Source of the DNA: an uncultured Gammaproteobacteria bacterium
Lineage (GTDB): Bacteria; Patescibacteriota; Patescibacteriia; UBA9934; CAZDDW01
DNA length: 64,000 nt
Direction: 5' to 3'
NCBI GenBank assembly: GCA_965231015.1
Contig: OZ246408.1
Span: 793,908 to 857,907 of the forward strand
How positions within the stretch are numbered: position 1 is the first letter of the stretch; each line of letters starts with the position of its first letter. Position numbers and translations under genes: made by a program. The notes beneath the pieces are model-generated. The model did no database searches. It worked only from the letters and a program-made list of their open reading frames with translations, and was not told where the DNA came from. Positions 30,800-40,371 of this stretch are shown piece by piece.

Positions 30800-32734
30800 T
30801 TATTCAGGTATTACACTACAGTCCCCTCCTCGACTTACCTCAGCGTCGCCACGACAACAACTCGGACTTGAGCTATCCACGTTACAATCCGGAGGAATCA
30901 CATCTTGAGCAGGATTAGCACTGCCCGGTCCATGCGCTGGGTAATAACAAATCTGGTACGAGCTTTTAATTCCGTGACTCAACCATGGTTCATAGTACCA
31001 AGTCAGCGTGTCAGTTGATTCTAAGAACAAGCCGTGGTCAATCACAACACGAGTGGCAGTTGGTTCAGCATCAGCCTGCGGTGGAGTTTCAGAATATCCC
31101 TCGTACAAGTTTTCCTTTTCAATTCGGTATGACAATTCATGGGTCGTAAAGTCACTTGATACCGGAACCAATCCAATGTTGTTGCTGTTCAAACTAGAAC
31201 TCATGAGCGTGACACCCGGCCCGGGTGGAGATACCCCGTCATCCTCAATAAACGTGGCAGATATTTCTGCGTCCAGTTCTACTTCTTCAGCCTCAAGATC
31301 AGGTCGCAATTCATAAATCGACGGGATCACATCATTGACTTCGTTCGTAGTTTCAAAGGCCCAAACATAGTTGTCCGTGGTTGGTCCATCAGCTGTACCG
31401 TCCAGGTTGGTAGAGGCTCCAACGTCCGGATTGTGGTTATTGTTTCCTCCATCAAGAGAATTGCCGGTCACATCCACCGCACCATCGTACGGATAGCCCA
31501 CAGCTTCCGGGGCACTATCCCCGACTGTCGCCGCAGTTACCGTAGTGTTGATCACAGACTCGCCCGGCAAACAGTAAATAGTGTCGCCACACGGATCCTC
31601 AGCACAAGCATCATCTGAAACAAACTCGATTGTCCGATATCCGTTCGAAATCGTCCAAGTTCCGGTCACGGTTCCTGAATTAAACGGATCCTGAAATTCA
31701 GCCAAAACATTTGAAAAGAAACTGTCTACGCCGTTATAGGTGCCGCTCACGGCAGTCGGATCCATAGCCTCGTTAAAATTGATCTGAATCACCACGTTGC
31801 GGTCTTTTTCTGTAGCGTGTCCAGGATAAACACTCTGCACGTATGGAGGCTCCAGATCAACCTCTGTCGAAACTTCAAAGGTCCATTCATAACCACCGTT
31901 AAAATTACCACTAAAAGCCTCGGTGCCATCTTCTTTTAAGATACCGTCCTGCAAACTAACCGTGTAGTTCATCGAATCAATCGCACTACCAAGGAGCTCA
32001 ACCGGATCAAAAACCCAGCTTAGATTATCTGCGGTTCGGTTCACAAGCACAGCTTCACTTGTTAAAGCCGATCCCTCCCCTTCGGAATTTGGATAAATTA
32101 AAACTAAACCATCGTTTAAAAAGTACGTATCATCAGTTTCGTCACCCGGAGTTCCGTTGTCGGAATATACACCATTGGTTAGTGAATCTAAGTTAATAGG
32201 TTCTTTAAAAGTGATGATTACCTTAGTGTTCCGTGGGATGTCATTGGCATTGCGTAGTGGCCAATGGTCTTGAATGATTCCCGCACCAAGCGGACCGGAA
32301 AGCGGTTCCACCCCGACCGGTGGTTCTGAACCAAACCCGCCAAAAATTCCTCCTTGACCGAGTAAGGCATTGAGAATAAATGAAACTATGCTATACGAAG
32401 CAAGTACAATAAAAGCGCCAATCACAGCATTGCGCATGATGAGCTTGGCCTTCTTGACCTTTTCAGCGTCTCCGGCTGAAGTCATCCAAAGGTAACCCGC
32501 GTACACAATGAGAGATAAAAATATTATGCCAATCAGACCGATGGCATAACGAATAATAATGGCCACAACCACACGAATATCAGTTTCAGGAAGACCGGCC
32601 GCTTGTCCAACCATTTCAAGTTGATCCTCTTGAGCCATGGCTTCCGGAGCAAAATAAAACAATAATCCCGCCACCACTACGACAAGGGTGGCGATGCAAT
32701 ATGTTCGCCATCTATTTTGCACTGCTTCAAGCAT
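30800..32734 (-). CDS. VirB2/TrbC-like pilin domain fused to Ig-like (Big_5/SbsA-type) domains
   Basis: Signal ..EAMAQ; IVYAGYLWMTSAGDAEKVKKAK.IMRNAVIG; RNTKVIITFKEPI and RNVVIQINFNEAMD repeats. Confidence 0.85.
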   Translation of the reverse strand: MLEAVQNRWRTYCIATLVVVVAGLLFYFAPEAMAQEDQLEMVGQAAGLPETDIRVVVAIIIRYAIGLIGIIFLSLIVYAGYLWMTSAGDAEKVKKAKLIMRNAVIGAFIVLASYSIVSFILNALLGQGGIFGGFGSEPPVGVEPLSGPLGAGIIQDHWPLRNANDIPRNTKVIITFKEPINLDSLTNGVYSDNGTPGDETDDTYFLNDGLVLIYPNSEGEGSALTSEAVLVNRTADNLSWVFDPVELLGSAIDSMNYTVSLQDGILKEDGTEAFSGNFNGGYEWTFEVSTEVDLEPPYVQSVYPGHATEKDRNVVIQINFNEAMDPTAVSGTYNGVDSFFSNVLAEFQDPFNSGTVTGTWTISNGYRTIEFVSDDACAEDPCGDTIYCLPGESVINTTVTAATVGDSAPEAVGYPYDGAVDVTGNSLDGGNNNHNPDVGASTNLDGTADGPTTDNYVWAFETTNEVNDVIPSIYELRPDLEAEEVELDAEISATFIEDDGVSPPGPGVTLMSSSLNSNNIGLVPVSSDFTTHELSYRIEKENLYEGYSETPPQADAEPTATRVVIDHGLFLESTDTLTWYYEPWLSHGIKSSYQICYYPAHGPGSANPAQDVIPPDCNVDSSSPSCCRGDAEVSRGGDCSVIPE

Positions 32735-32758
32735 GAAGCGTTCTTAATTTACTAGCTT

Positions 32759-32797
32759 ATTATACCTTAATTTAGTTGAGAAGCGAAGTGTGGATAA
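32759..32797 (-). promoter_or_regulatory. -10 box of the pilin/adhesin operon with an adjacent perfect DnaA box
   Basis: TATAAT (minus, 32759-32764); TTATCCACA (minus, 32789-32797). Confidence 0.5.
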
Positions 32798-33021
32798 GGC
32801 TAAAGCAAGTGAGTTGAATCCAAACCATATATATTTAAGTCTAGACTTTTGCAACACGGTTTCAAAAAAGATACGGTCGGCCACTTTTTGCAACCACTTT
32901 AAGCATAAACTGGTTCCACTTTAGGGCCGGCCGGACCCTTTTTGGAACCACATAGAAATTACACAATCGTCTGAAATCGGTGTGTAATCAGATCCCTTGC
33001 CCTAATTTTAGCCAATTAGTA

Positions 33022-33051
33022 TTGACAAAAAGGACTAAATAATATCATAAT
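33022..33051 (+). promoter_or_regulatory. promoter of small membrane-protein island
   Basis: TTGACA-18-CATAAT; AAGGA before ATG 33115. Confidence 0.55.
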
Positions 33052-33114
33052 ATGTCTTCACTTCACTGATCTAGGTGGAGCGCACACTGACAACTTCCAG
33101 TTAGGGAAAAGGAA

Positions 33115-33405
33115 ATGGACTACCTGTTCTACGTCTTCACCTGTCTCTTTGTGATTCTAGGCACCACAGCAAAGGTCTGGGCAGATGTCTGGGGCGAAGG
33201 TGCCGAAGGTCAACACGGGGGTAATCTCGTAATTGTGCTCGGAGTTTCAATGGCTCTCACTGGCACTATCAACGGCGTGGTTCAAACGAAGACCGAGTAC
33301 ATCATCGCCTTCCCAATCTGTGTCGTCGCTCTTATGTTGAGCCTGGTGATCAACGTCGTCATCAAGAAAATGCGAACCCTTCACCTCAAGAGGAAAGCAT
33401 CATGA
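33115..33405 (+). CDS. hypothetical 3-TM membrane protein
   Basis: Three hydrophobic helices, C-ending codon bias, promoter and SD. Confidence 0.7.
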   Translation: MDYLFYVFTCLFVILGTTAKVWADVWGEGAEGQHGGNLVIVLGVSMALTGTINGVVQTKTEYIIAFPICVVALMLSLVINVVIKKMRTLHLKRKAS

Positions 33406-33697
33406 CCAAGGCAGTCCGCTTCTACTGGGAAGAGATGGGATTCGGCCTTGTCCCCTGAGGCATCGGGCTGAGCCTGATGTTCGCTCTCACAGTGGTCATG
33501 CAGCTGGAGCTCGGACCTGTACGGCCCCTTTCGCCATCGCCTACGTGGCCGTTCTGATGTGGAGCGTCTTCGACACGGGTATCCTGTGTTCGGTCTTCCA
33601 TGATCGTGATCAAAAAGCCACCATGCTCATCACCGCCGCTCTTTTTCTCACCTTCATGTTCTTTTACACCTGGTCGCTGCACAGCCTCCCGTCGTAA
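33402..33697 (+). pseudogene. disrupted membrane-protein gene (in-frame TGA plus frameshift)
   Basis: ATGA overlap and AGAGGA SD; MTKAVRFYWEEMGFGLVP*GIGLSLMFALTVV, then shifted frame APFAIAYVAVLMWSVFD...LFLTFMFFYTWSLHSLPS*. Confidence 0.6.
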
Positions 33698-33833
33698 GAC
33701 CAGGCGAGATCCGCCGCCCTCACCCCCCCCCGATCAACCACAAGATCGTCTCGGGTGTAGGCGGTCTTGTTTTTATTCTCCTATTCGATCGAATTAAAAA
33801 CCACTTGCTTGCTTCGTAAAATTAACAAGTACC

Positions 33834-33868
33834 ACTTTTTCGTACCTACGAACAAACACCGTACCCCC
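33834..33868. repeat. junction repeat module
   Basis: ACTTTTTCGTACCTACGAACAAACA identical to 9966-9990, followed by TACCCC. Confidence 0.75.
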
Positions 33869-33926
33869 CCTCCTTAACCAAAAAGACCGTGCTATTGCAC
33901 GGTCCTAAAACTTTATACTTTATACT

Positions 33927-34385
33927 TTATCCTTGATCATCCGAGCCCAGCTCCTCTTCTACAGCCTTTTTCACATCTCCACCATCAACCTTTCCTTTAA
34001 CCTTTCCCATGATTGCTCCCATAACTTTTCCCATATCCTGCTTACCTTGGGCCCCAACTTCGGCAATGGTTTCCTTCACGATCTTTTTAAGCTCCTCAAA
34101 ATCCATTTGCTTGGGGCTATACTTGGCTAAAAGCTCAATTTCCTCGCGAGCTTTAGCGGCTAAATCCTCTCTGGCTCCTTCTGTAAACGATTCTAAGGAG
34201 TCTTTGAGCTGTTTAACTTGAGACTTAACTACAGCTAAAACTTCTTCCTCTTCAAGGTCACGTTTAAGCTCAATCGCCTTATTTTTTAAGGCCGCCTGTA
34301 ACATTCGAAGCGTAGAAAGAGTCTGTTCATTCCGTTCTTTCATGGCTAGCTTAAGGTCGTCCTTGATTTGGTCGATTAAGGCCAT
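33927..34385 (-). CDS. GatB/YqeY domain protein
   Basis: DLKLAMK...LSTLRML...REDLA...E...KQDMGKVMG. Confidence 0.92.
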   Translation of the reverse strand: MALIDQIKDDLKLAMKERNEQTLSTLRMLQAALKNKAIELKRDLEEEEVLAVVKSQVKQLKDSLESFTEGAREDLAAKAREEIELLAKYSPKQMDFEELKKIVKETIAEVGAQGKQDMGKVMGAIMGKVKGKVDGGDVKKAVEEELGSDDQG

Positions 34386-34405
34386 ATTTGGCTGATTAAA
34401 GCTAA

Positions 34406-34648
34406 TTATCGGCGTCTACCTCGACGTTTTGGTTCAGGTAACTGTCCAATACGATCCAGATACTCGCGTTTTTCAGCGATTTGCATGCGTCGAAGCGCAG
34501 AACTCTTTTGTGCGTTCTTGTTCTTTTTTGGCTCGTTAAAGCGAATTTTTCTAGCTTGAAGCATGCGGCCACTCTGCTGTACGCGGCGGCTAAAACGTCG
34601 GAGCATGCTCTCGAAACTTTCACCTTTTTTTCGTTTAACTTCTGGCAT
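34406..34648 (-). CDS. rpsU: 30S ribosomal protein S21
   Basis: EVKRKKGESFESMLRRFSRRVQQSG; basic; upstream of yqeY. Confidence 0.88.
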   Translation of the reverse strand: MPEVKRKKGESFESMLRRFSRRVQQSGRMLQARKIRFNEPKKNKNAQKSSALRRMQIAEKREYLDRIGQLPEPKRRGRRR

Positions 34649-34714
34649 AATATTCACCTCGCTTTCAAAAAAAGCTCGCCCGGATATTACCTTTTAATGA
34701 TTAATCTGTCAACT

Positions 34715-36103
34715 CTATTCACCGGAACCATTGGCCTCTTTTTCTTTGTTCGCAGCCAATTTCTTAGAAATAAGACTAACAACTTTTTTAGCATCCACTA
34801 TTTCTTGGGAGCCAGAGTCCATGTCCCGAATGATAATTGTGTCATCCAAAACCTCTTTTTGTCCAAGGATTATGGTGAAATCCACTCCCAATTTATTAGA
34901 CAGCTCTAATTGCGAAGTCAAGGCCCCTTTACCAAAAGCTTCAGCCACCTTGATTCCGGCACCACGGAATTCTTCAAATAATTTCAGACCCCGGCGCCTT
35001 GCTGCATCCCCGAGTTGAGCAAAAAAAATGTCTGGCTCATCTTCACGAGTAACCTCTACTTCCTTATCTTTCATGGCATTAACAATTCTCTCCACACCAC
35101 AAGCAAAACCACAACCCGGCGTTCCTTCCCGGCCGCCCAACAGCTCGATCAGTCCATCATAACGACCGCCGCCACCCAAGGCACTCTGAGCTTTACCTTC
35201 TTCTTCATCAGCTAAATAAACCTCAAACACGGTACGGTTATAATAATCCAAACCGCGCACCAACTGTGGATCCAAAACGTACGGCACCTCAATCTCATCT
35301 AAAAACTCAAGCACCTGCATAAAGTGATTCTTGCTGTCCTCGTCCAACCAATCCACAATCTGTGGAGCCTCATCTTTTAATGAGGCACACTCCTCTTCTT
35401 TGCAATCCAATAAGCGTAAAGGATTTTTGGTTAACCGTTTCTTGCAGTCATCGCACAACTTGGAGCGGTGCTGACGGTAATAAGCCACCAGTTCAACTTT
35501 ATATTCCTGACGAGTTTCCTGAGTTCCGATCGAGTTGACCCGCATCACGGTATCTAGTCCCAACTCTTTAAACAAGGAATGTAATATAACCATCAGTTGC
35601 GCATCTATTATTGCCTCGTCTGAACCAAAAACCTCAAAATTTAACTGATGGAACTGTCGATAACGTCCAGCCTGTGGTCGATCGTGCCGAAAAAGCGGAC
35701 CAAGGTCCCACAATTTAACCGGTTGGGGCTGATTAAGCATGCCGTGATTAATGTAAGCACGAGCAAACCCAGCTGTGAACTCTGGACGCAAAGCGGCCTT
35801 TTCGCCGCCCAGAAGCTCAAACTTGTAAAGTTCCTTTTCTACAATATCGGTTTGCTTTCCCACTGTTCGAACAAACAAATTTTCCTCCTCAAGAACCGGA
35901 GTTATTAAACGTTTAAAACTGTAAGAATTGGCAATTTCTCGAACCTTGGAACGTACTGCGTCCCAATACTTTTGTTCTTCAGGCAAAATATCTCGAAACC
36001 CTCGCAATAATTCCGGAGTTTTTATTTTTCTCTTCGGTGTTTCCTTTTCCTCCTTGACCGACTTTTTTACCGGAGCTTTTTTGGTAGCAGCTTTCTTAGG
36101 CAT
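34715..36103 (-). CDS. hisS: histidine--tRNA ligase
   Basis: RGFRD, LRPEFT, RHDRPQAGRYRQFHQ, LVRGLDYY, GGGRYDGL. Confidence 0.98.
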   Translation of the reverse strand: MPKKAATKKAPVKKSVKEEKETPKRKIKTPELLRGFRDILPEEQKYWDAVRSKVREIANSYSFKRLITPVLEEENLFVRTVGKQTDIVEKELYKFELLGGEKAALRPEFTAGFARAYINHGMLNQPQPVKLWDLGPLFRHDRPQAGRYRQFHQLNFEVFGSDEAIIDAQLMVILHSLFKELGLDTVMRVNSIGTQETRQEYKVELVAYYRQHRSKLCDDCKKRLTKNPLRLLDCKEEECASLKDEAPQIVDWLDEDSKNHFMQVLEFLDEIEVPYVLDPQLVRGLDYYNRTVFEVYLADEEEGKAQSALGGGGRYDGLIELLGGREGTPGCGFACGVERIVNAMKDKEVEVTREDEPDIFFAQLGDAARRRGLKLFEEFRGAGIKVAEAFGKGALTSQLELSNKLGVDFTIILGQKEVLDDTIIIRDMDSGSQEIVDAKKVVSLISKKLAANKEKEANGSGE

Positions 36104-36114
36104 ATATATTATCT

Positions 36115-36720
36115 TTAGAGGTTGTAGTCAGGTAATTCAAAGGTGCCGATTCGTGAAATTGGTAAACCGCGAACCCAAACACGACCAACAATATCGCCCC
36201 GACGAATTGGTCCGAAACGGCGCGAGTCCAGACTTTCATCTCGGTTATCACCGAGCACGTAATACTCATCTTCATTCAGAGCGACCCGGATTCTACCGTA
36301 CGTCCGTGCAGTGTCAAGATATGGTTCATCTAGTACAGTTCCATTTGGATACTGACTGTTATAAATAGTAATTAAGCCGTCATTTATTTCCACGGTTTCC
36401 CCGGGAAGACCAACCACCCGTTTGATAAAAAACTCAGATGGATTGTCCGGATTTCTAAATACAATAATTTCTCCACGTTCAGCTTCACGGAAACGGTAAC
36501 TAATTTCATCAATAATCAAATATTCATGATCATAATAATTCGGTTCCATTGAAGCACCTTTAACATAAAACGGCTGGATCAAAAAATAGCGAATTGGAAT
36601 AATAATGGCCGCAGAGATAATCACAATCTGCACCACTTCTAAAATAAACATGGCTAAAGCCCCTAAGGTAGGCCCGAGCTTCCGATGCCAAAAAGTGTCA
36701 TCTTTTTTCTTTAAAATCAT
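36115..36720 (-). CDS. lepB: signal peptidase I
   Basis: GASMEP (Ser), FIKRVVGLPG (Lys), LGDNRDESLDSR. Confidence 0.97.
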   Translation of the reverse strand: MILKKKDDTFWHRKLGPTLGALAMFILEVVQIVIISAAIIIPIRYFLIQPFYVKGASMEPNYYDHEYLIIDEISYRFREAERGEIIVFRNPDNPSEFFIKRVVGLPGETVEINDGLITIYNSQYPNGTVLDEPYLDTARTYGRIRVALNEDEYYVLGDNRDESLDSRRFGPIRRGDIVGRVWVRGLPISRIGTFELPDYNL

Positions 36721-36813
36721 ATCTTTGTTTTGATACCCCCTTTCAGATAAAAGAGTTACCCCCAGTTTAGCACAAATTCGTGATAAATCAAGGGGTAACC
36801 CTAAATGCTTGTA

Positions 36814-38511
36814 TTAAGCCGCAGTAGCCTGTTTTTCGTAGTATTCATCCTTAGCCTCAGCTGTTTCAAGCCCGAGCTCAGCATCTTTCTTGGCAATTAT
36901 TTTTTCAAGCCGCTGAACTACGTTGCGCATAGCATACTGTTTCATCTCATCACTCATTTCTTCTGTGTTTGAACTCATCTCAAAGAGAAGATCCGCAAAC
37001 TCTTTATCGCTAACGTTGGGAAACCTGGCTTCAAAGGCAGGATTATTTTCTGGATACTTTCGAACAAAATCACCCTGACTTTTCATCCACATAATTGTAA
37101 ACGGGCTAACACCGCTGTCCTCTTGACTGTCCTCTTGCATTAATTCTTTTTTCATCCGAAATGAAGAAGTAAGCGATCCAAAAGTCACCCCTAAACCGTG
37201 AACATCCATTAGCGGATCACTGGCTCTGCCGGCAATTGCTTCCGGAGACATATACTTTGGAGTGCCGCTAATCTCATGTCTGAACTCTTCTTGAGGAGGC
37301 AGATCATCCATTCTTATCTCATCACCGGTCACTTCATTCAAATAATCAAGAAGTTCTTGTAAAACCATTTCGGCTCGTTCTTTATCTGCGGAATTGCGAA
37401 CCTTACTATAATGGAGAGCTTTTTCCTCAAATTCATCATACTGCTCTTCTAAAATTCTTTTTCTAGCCTTACGCACAGACTCATCATCTTCCCTATCTTC
37501 AATGCTGTCTTTTTCCTCCTGATAGTACTCCCACATCAAATTTTCTATTTCTACATGCCGTTTTTCCATATCCCGGTACTCCTCCATTTGCAGAGCGGCC
37601 TGCTCCAACAGCGCATCGCGACTTATTCCAAGATCAATTAATTTGGCCTGGTCAGGATGTTCAGGACTGCCCATGATATTATCCGGCTTAACATCCCGAT
37701 GAATAATGCCTCGGTCATGCATTTCAAGCAAAGTCTTGGCCGTGCTCATCATCATTTCCATAGCTACCTTTGAGTCAAGCGGCCCTTTTTCCGTACGCAA
37801 AGTTTTTAAATCCTTACCTTCAATCTTTTCCAAAACAGTTGCAAAAAACGTTTCGTTATCATGAGCACCTTCAAAACGAGCCGCCCCCACAAAGGCTGGC
37901 AGATTTTCAATTGTTTCAGTGTCCCGAGTGCCCAAATATTCCTCTCGCATTTTTTGTGATATTCCCGGTTCAACCACTTTTTCCGGATGCAAAGCCGCGT
38001 GCATGCCAATTTCAGACAAACGATCTTTGCGAACTACCGCGTCTGCTCTATCAGTAGCCAGTTTTACCACCACAGACTCCCGTCCACTAATCGGTCGCCC
38101 ATCTTTGGTCACAGGATGTGCTTCAGCAACCGCTCCCTGATTCCCTGCTCCAAGCACTTGATCGATCTCATAATATATTTCTTCTTCGTTGTTCAACCAA
38201 CGTTCTTCCACCTCTTCTTGAGTGTGTGTAGTGAATCGCTTTGGTACTTCAAAGCTACCGGCTTCCGTCTCGGTAGTAATTTTTATCGTCTCACCAAAAT
38301 CTTCGTGTTCAACCGTCTTTGGCATCCAGCGTTCCACCTGGGCAATATTAATATAATCAAAATTTGACTCAACAGGCTCAACGTCTCGCTCGGCTTGTTC
38401 CTGCTGAACCTGCTCCATAGCTACCCTTCTTTGCTCCTCAAAACTCTCTGGTTTCTTTGGTTTTTCCCTCTCACCTCCATTAAACCACTTAGAAATAAAT
38501 TCAAATGCCAT
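36814..38511 (-). CDS. soluble Hanks-type Ser/Thr protein kinase with large activation-segment insertion
   Basis: LGAGNQGAV, VVVK, HRDVKPDNI, IDLG, GTPKYMSPE, DVHGLG. Confidence 0.88.
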   Translation of the reverse strand: MAFEFISKWFNGGEREKPKKPESFEEQRRVAMEQVQQEQAERDVEPVESNFDYINIAQVERWMPKTVEHEDFGETIKITTETEAGSFEVPKRFTTHTQEEVEERWLNNEEEIYYEIDQVLGAGNQGAVAEAHPVTKDGRPISGRESVVVKLATDRADAVVRKDRLSEIGMHAALHPEKVVEPGISQKMREEYLGTRDTETIENLPAFVGAARFEGAHDNETFFATVLEKIEGKDLKTLRTEKGPLDSKVAMEMMMSTAKTLLEMHDRGIIHRDVKPDNIMGSPEHPDQAKLIDLGISRDALLEQAALQMEEYRDMEKRHVEIENLMWEYYQEEKDSIEDREDDESVRKARKRILEEQYDEFEEKALHYSKVRNSADKERAEMVLQELLDYLNEVTGDEIRMDDLPPQEEFRHEISGTPKYMSPEAIAGRASDPLMDVHGLGVTFGSLTSSFRMKKELMQEDSQEDSGVSPFTIMWMKSQGDFVRKYPENNPAFEARFPNVSDKEFADLLFEMSSNTEEMSDEMKQYAMRNVVQRLEKIIAKKDAELGLETAEAKDEYYEKQATAA

Positions 38512-38517
38512 ACTTTT

Positions 38518-38805
38518 TTATGCAACTTTTCGTTGTTTAGATTGTATTTTATAAATAGCGTCGTAAATCTTGCTCACGTCACCGCGTGGTGCTGTAGCTG
38601 CCGCAAAGGCTTGCTTTAGTGATTCATAATCAGGATGATCCGAGCCCAAAGCTTCTAGGAGACGATCCTCCCACTGCTCCAAGTGATGGGCACGTGGTCC
38701 TCCGGCATTATCCGTCTTATCCATGGCCGAGTAAAACTCTTCCAGCTCATTTTCAAAATTGGGTCGGTAGTTAAATTCAAGCTGATCTGGTCTGGATTTT
38801 TCCAT
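38518..38805 (-). CDS. hypothetical acidic helical protein (95 aa), upstream partner of the kinase
   Basis: ATG 38805 after a TAAAGT -10; 6-nt gap to kinase start. Confidence 0.65.
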   Translation of the reverse strand: MEKSRPDQLEFNYRPNFENELEEFYSAMDKTDNAGGPRAHHLEQWEDRLLEALGSDHPDYESLKQAFAAATAPRGDVSKIYDAIYKIQSKQRKVA

Positions 38806-38903
38806 ATGTGAATACTTTATCTTAAGCAAAAAAGATACACAAGTCCTCACACTTAACAAATCCACTAAAATAGGCTATCATACGCGTGAACCTTGTGGGG
38901 TTT

Positions 38904-40370
38904 ATGTCCAAAGACAGTATTGATTTATTGAAAGAAAAATATCAGCTTGAGGAAGCAAGACCAAAGCGCCGGTCCATTCCGTTTGTGGGACGGGTATTTT
39001 TGTTTGTTGTGATTGCCTCAGCCTTGGCTGCCGGGGCTCTTAGTTATCAAGTGACAATCAGTGGTGAAGACGGTGGAACCATGGGAATTTTTTCCACCCT
39101 ACGCAACCTGGTTAGCTCACAGGACAAGCTTTTGGTTGGTGAAGGATCTGATCGAATCAATATTTTAATGCTCGGGATCGGTGGTGAAGGTCATGATGGT
39201 CCGGAGCTGACTGACACCATTATTTTTGCCAGTTACCGACCATCAACTGATGAAGTCGGTATGCTTTCTATCCCGCGCGACATGACGGTCGAGATTCCAG
39301 GCTATGGCTGGCGCAAGGTCAATCATGCCAACGCTTTTGGGGAAATCGGGGAAAAAGGAACCGGTCCTGAATTGGCCGCAGAAGTGATCGGTGACACTTT
39401 GAATCAAGACATTCACTACTACGTCAAGGTAGACTTTGCCGGGTTTGCTGATCTGATTGATGACCTGGGAGGAGTGGATATTTATGTTGAGAATACCTTC
39501 ACTGACTATCAATACCCAACTGACGATTATTTGGTTGAAACGATTCACTTTGATGAGGGGTGGATGCACATGGATGGTGAGACAGCCTTAAAATATGTAC
39601 GCTCACGTCATGGTAATAACGGAGAGGGGTCAGACTTTGCTCGTGCTCGCCGACAGCAACAGCTACTGATGGCGGTTAAAGAAAAATCAATGTCTGCCGG
39701 AACCATTTTAAACCCAAGTAAAATCAGCAACATTCTCACAACTTTGTCTGACCATATTGAAACCAATTTGTCCGCCTGGGAGATTATCCGTCTGGCAACA
39801 CTTGGTCGCGATATTGATCCAGAAAAAATTCAAAACCATGTCCTCGACAACTCAGCGGACAGTCCGCTTTATGCCACCTCCCTAAACGGGGCTTATGTCT
39901 TGCTTCCAAAAAATGATGACTGGGGACCAATCGAACGCATGGCCGCTAATGTTTTTTCAGAAGGAGACGAAACCTACCAAATTGAAGCTCCACCTGAAGA
40001 AGCACCCACTTTTGTCAAAATGGAAATCCAAAACGGAACTAATATTGAGGGTTATGCTTTTCGTACTTCACAACTGTTAGAAGGTCAGGGATTTGAAATT
40101 GTTAAAATTGGCAACGCGGCAGAACGCGGTTACGAACACACGGTCATTTATGACCTGACCGGTGGTGCCCGGCCGGATGAACTTAAACTGGTTCAGGATT
40201 TTTTGGAGGCTGATGTAGCCATGACCGCAGCCGGATGGATTTATACAAACGAAGTTGTTCCACAAGAAATAACGGTTTCTCCGGAAAATCCGGACGCCGA
40301 GCCAACAGAGGAAAACATTGACTTTTTAGTGATTTTAGGAGAAGCTAGTGCTAATCTCGTAATGCGATAA
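38904..40370 (+). CDS. LCP (LytR-CpsA-Psr) family protein with C-terminal LytR_C domain
   Basis: TM; NILMLG, LTDTI, SIPRD, YVRSRH, DFARARRQ; IQNGT...FLVILG. Confidence 0.93.
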   Translation: MSKDSIDLLKEKYQLEEARPKRRSIPFVGRVFLFVVIASALAAGALSYQVTISGEDGGTMGIFSTLRNLVSSQDKLLVGEGSDRINILMLGIGGEGHDGPELTDTIIFASYRPSTDEVGMLSIPRDMTVEIPGYGWRKVNHANAFGEIGEKGTGPELAAEVIGDTLNQDIHYYVKVDFAGFADLIDDLGGVDIYVENTFTDYQYPTDDYLVETIHFDEGWMHMDGETALKYVRSRHGNNGEGSDFARARRQQQLLMAVKEKSMSAGTILNPSKISNILTTLSDHIETNLSAWEIIRLATLGRDIDPEKIQNHVLDNSADSPLYATSLNGAYVLLPKNDDWGPIERMAANVFSEGDETYQIEAPPEEAPTFVKMEIQNGTNIEGYAFRTSQLLEGQGFEIVKIGNAAERGYEHTVIYDLTGGARPDELKLVQDFLEADVAMTAAGWIYTNEVVPQEITVSPENPDAEPTEENIDFLVILGEASANLVMR

Positions 40371-40371
40371 A

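Noticed and set aside
33456-33458. TGA recoding (genetic code 25/4)
   Set aside because: TGA ends several clear genes (nrdR, ybeY, der), and the ORF also needs a frameshift
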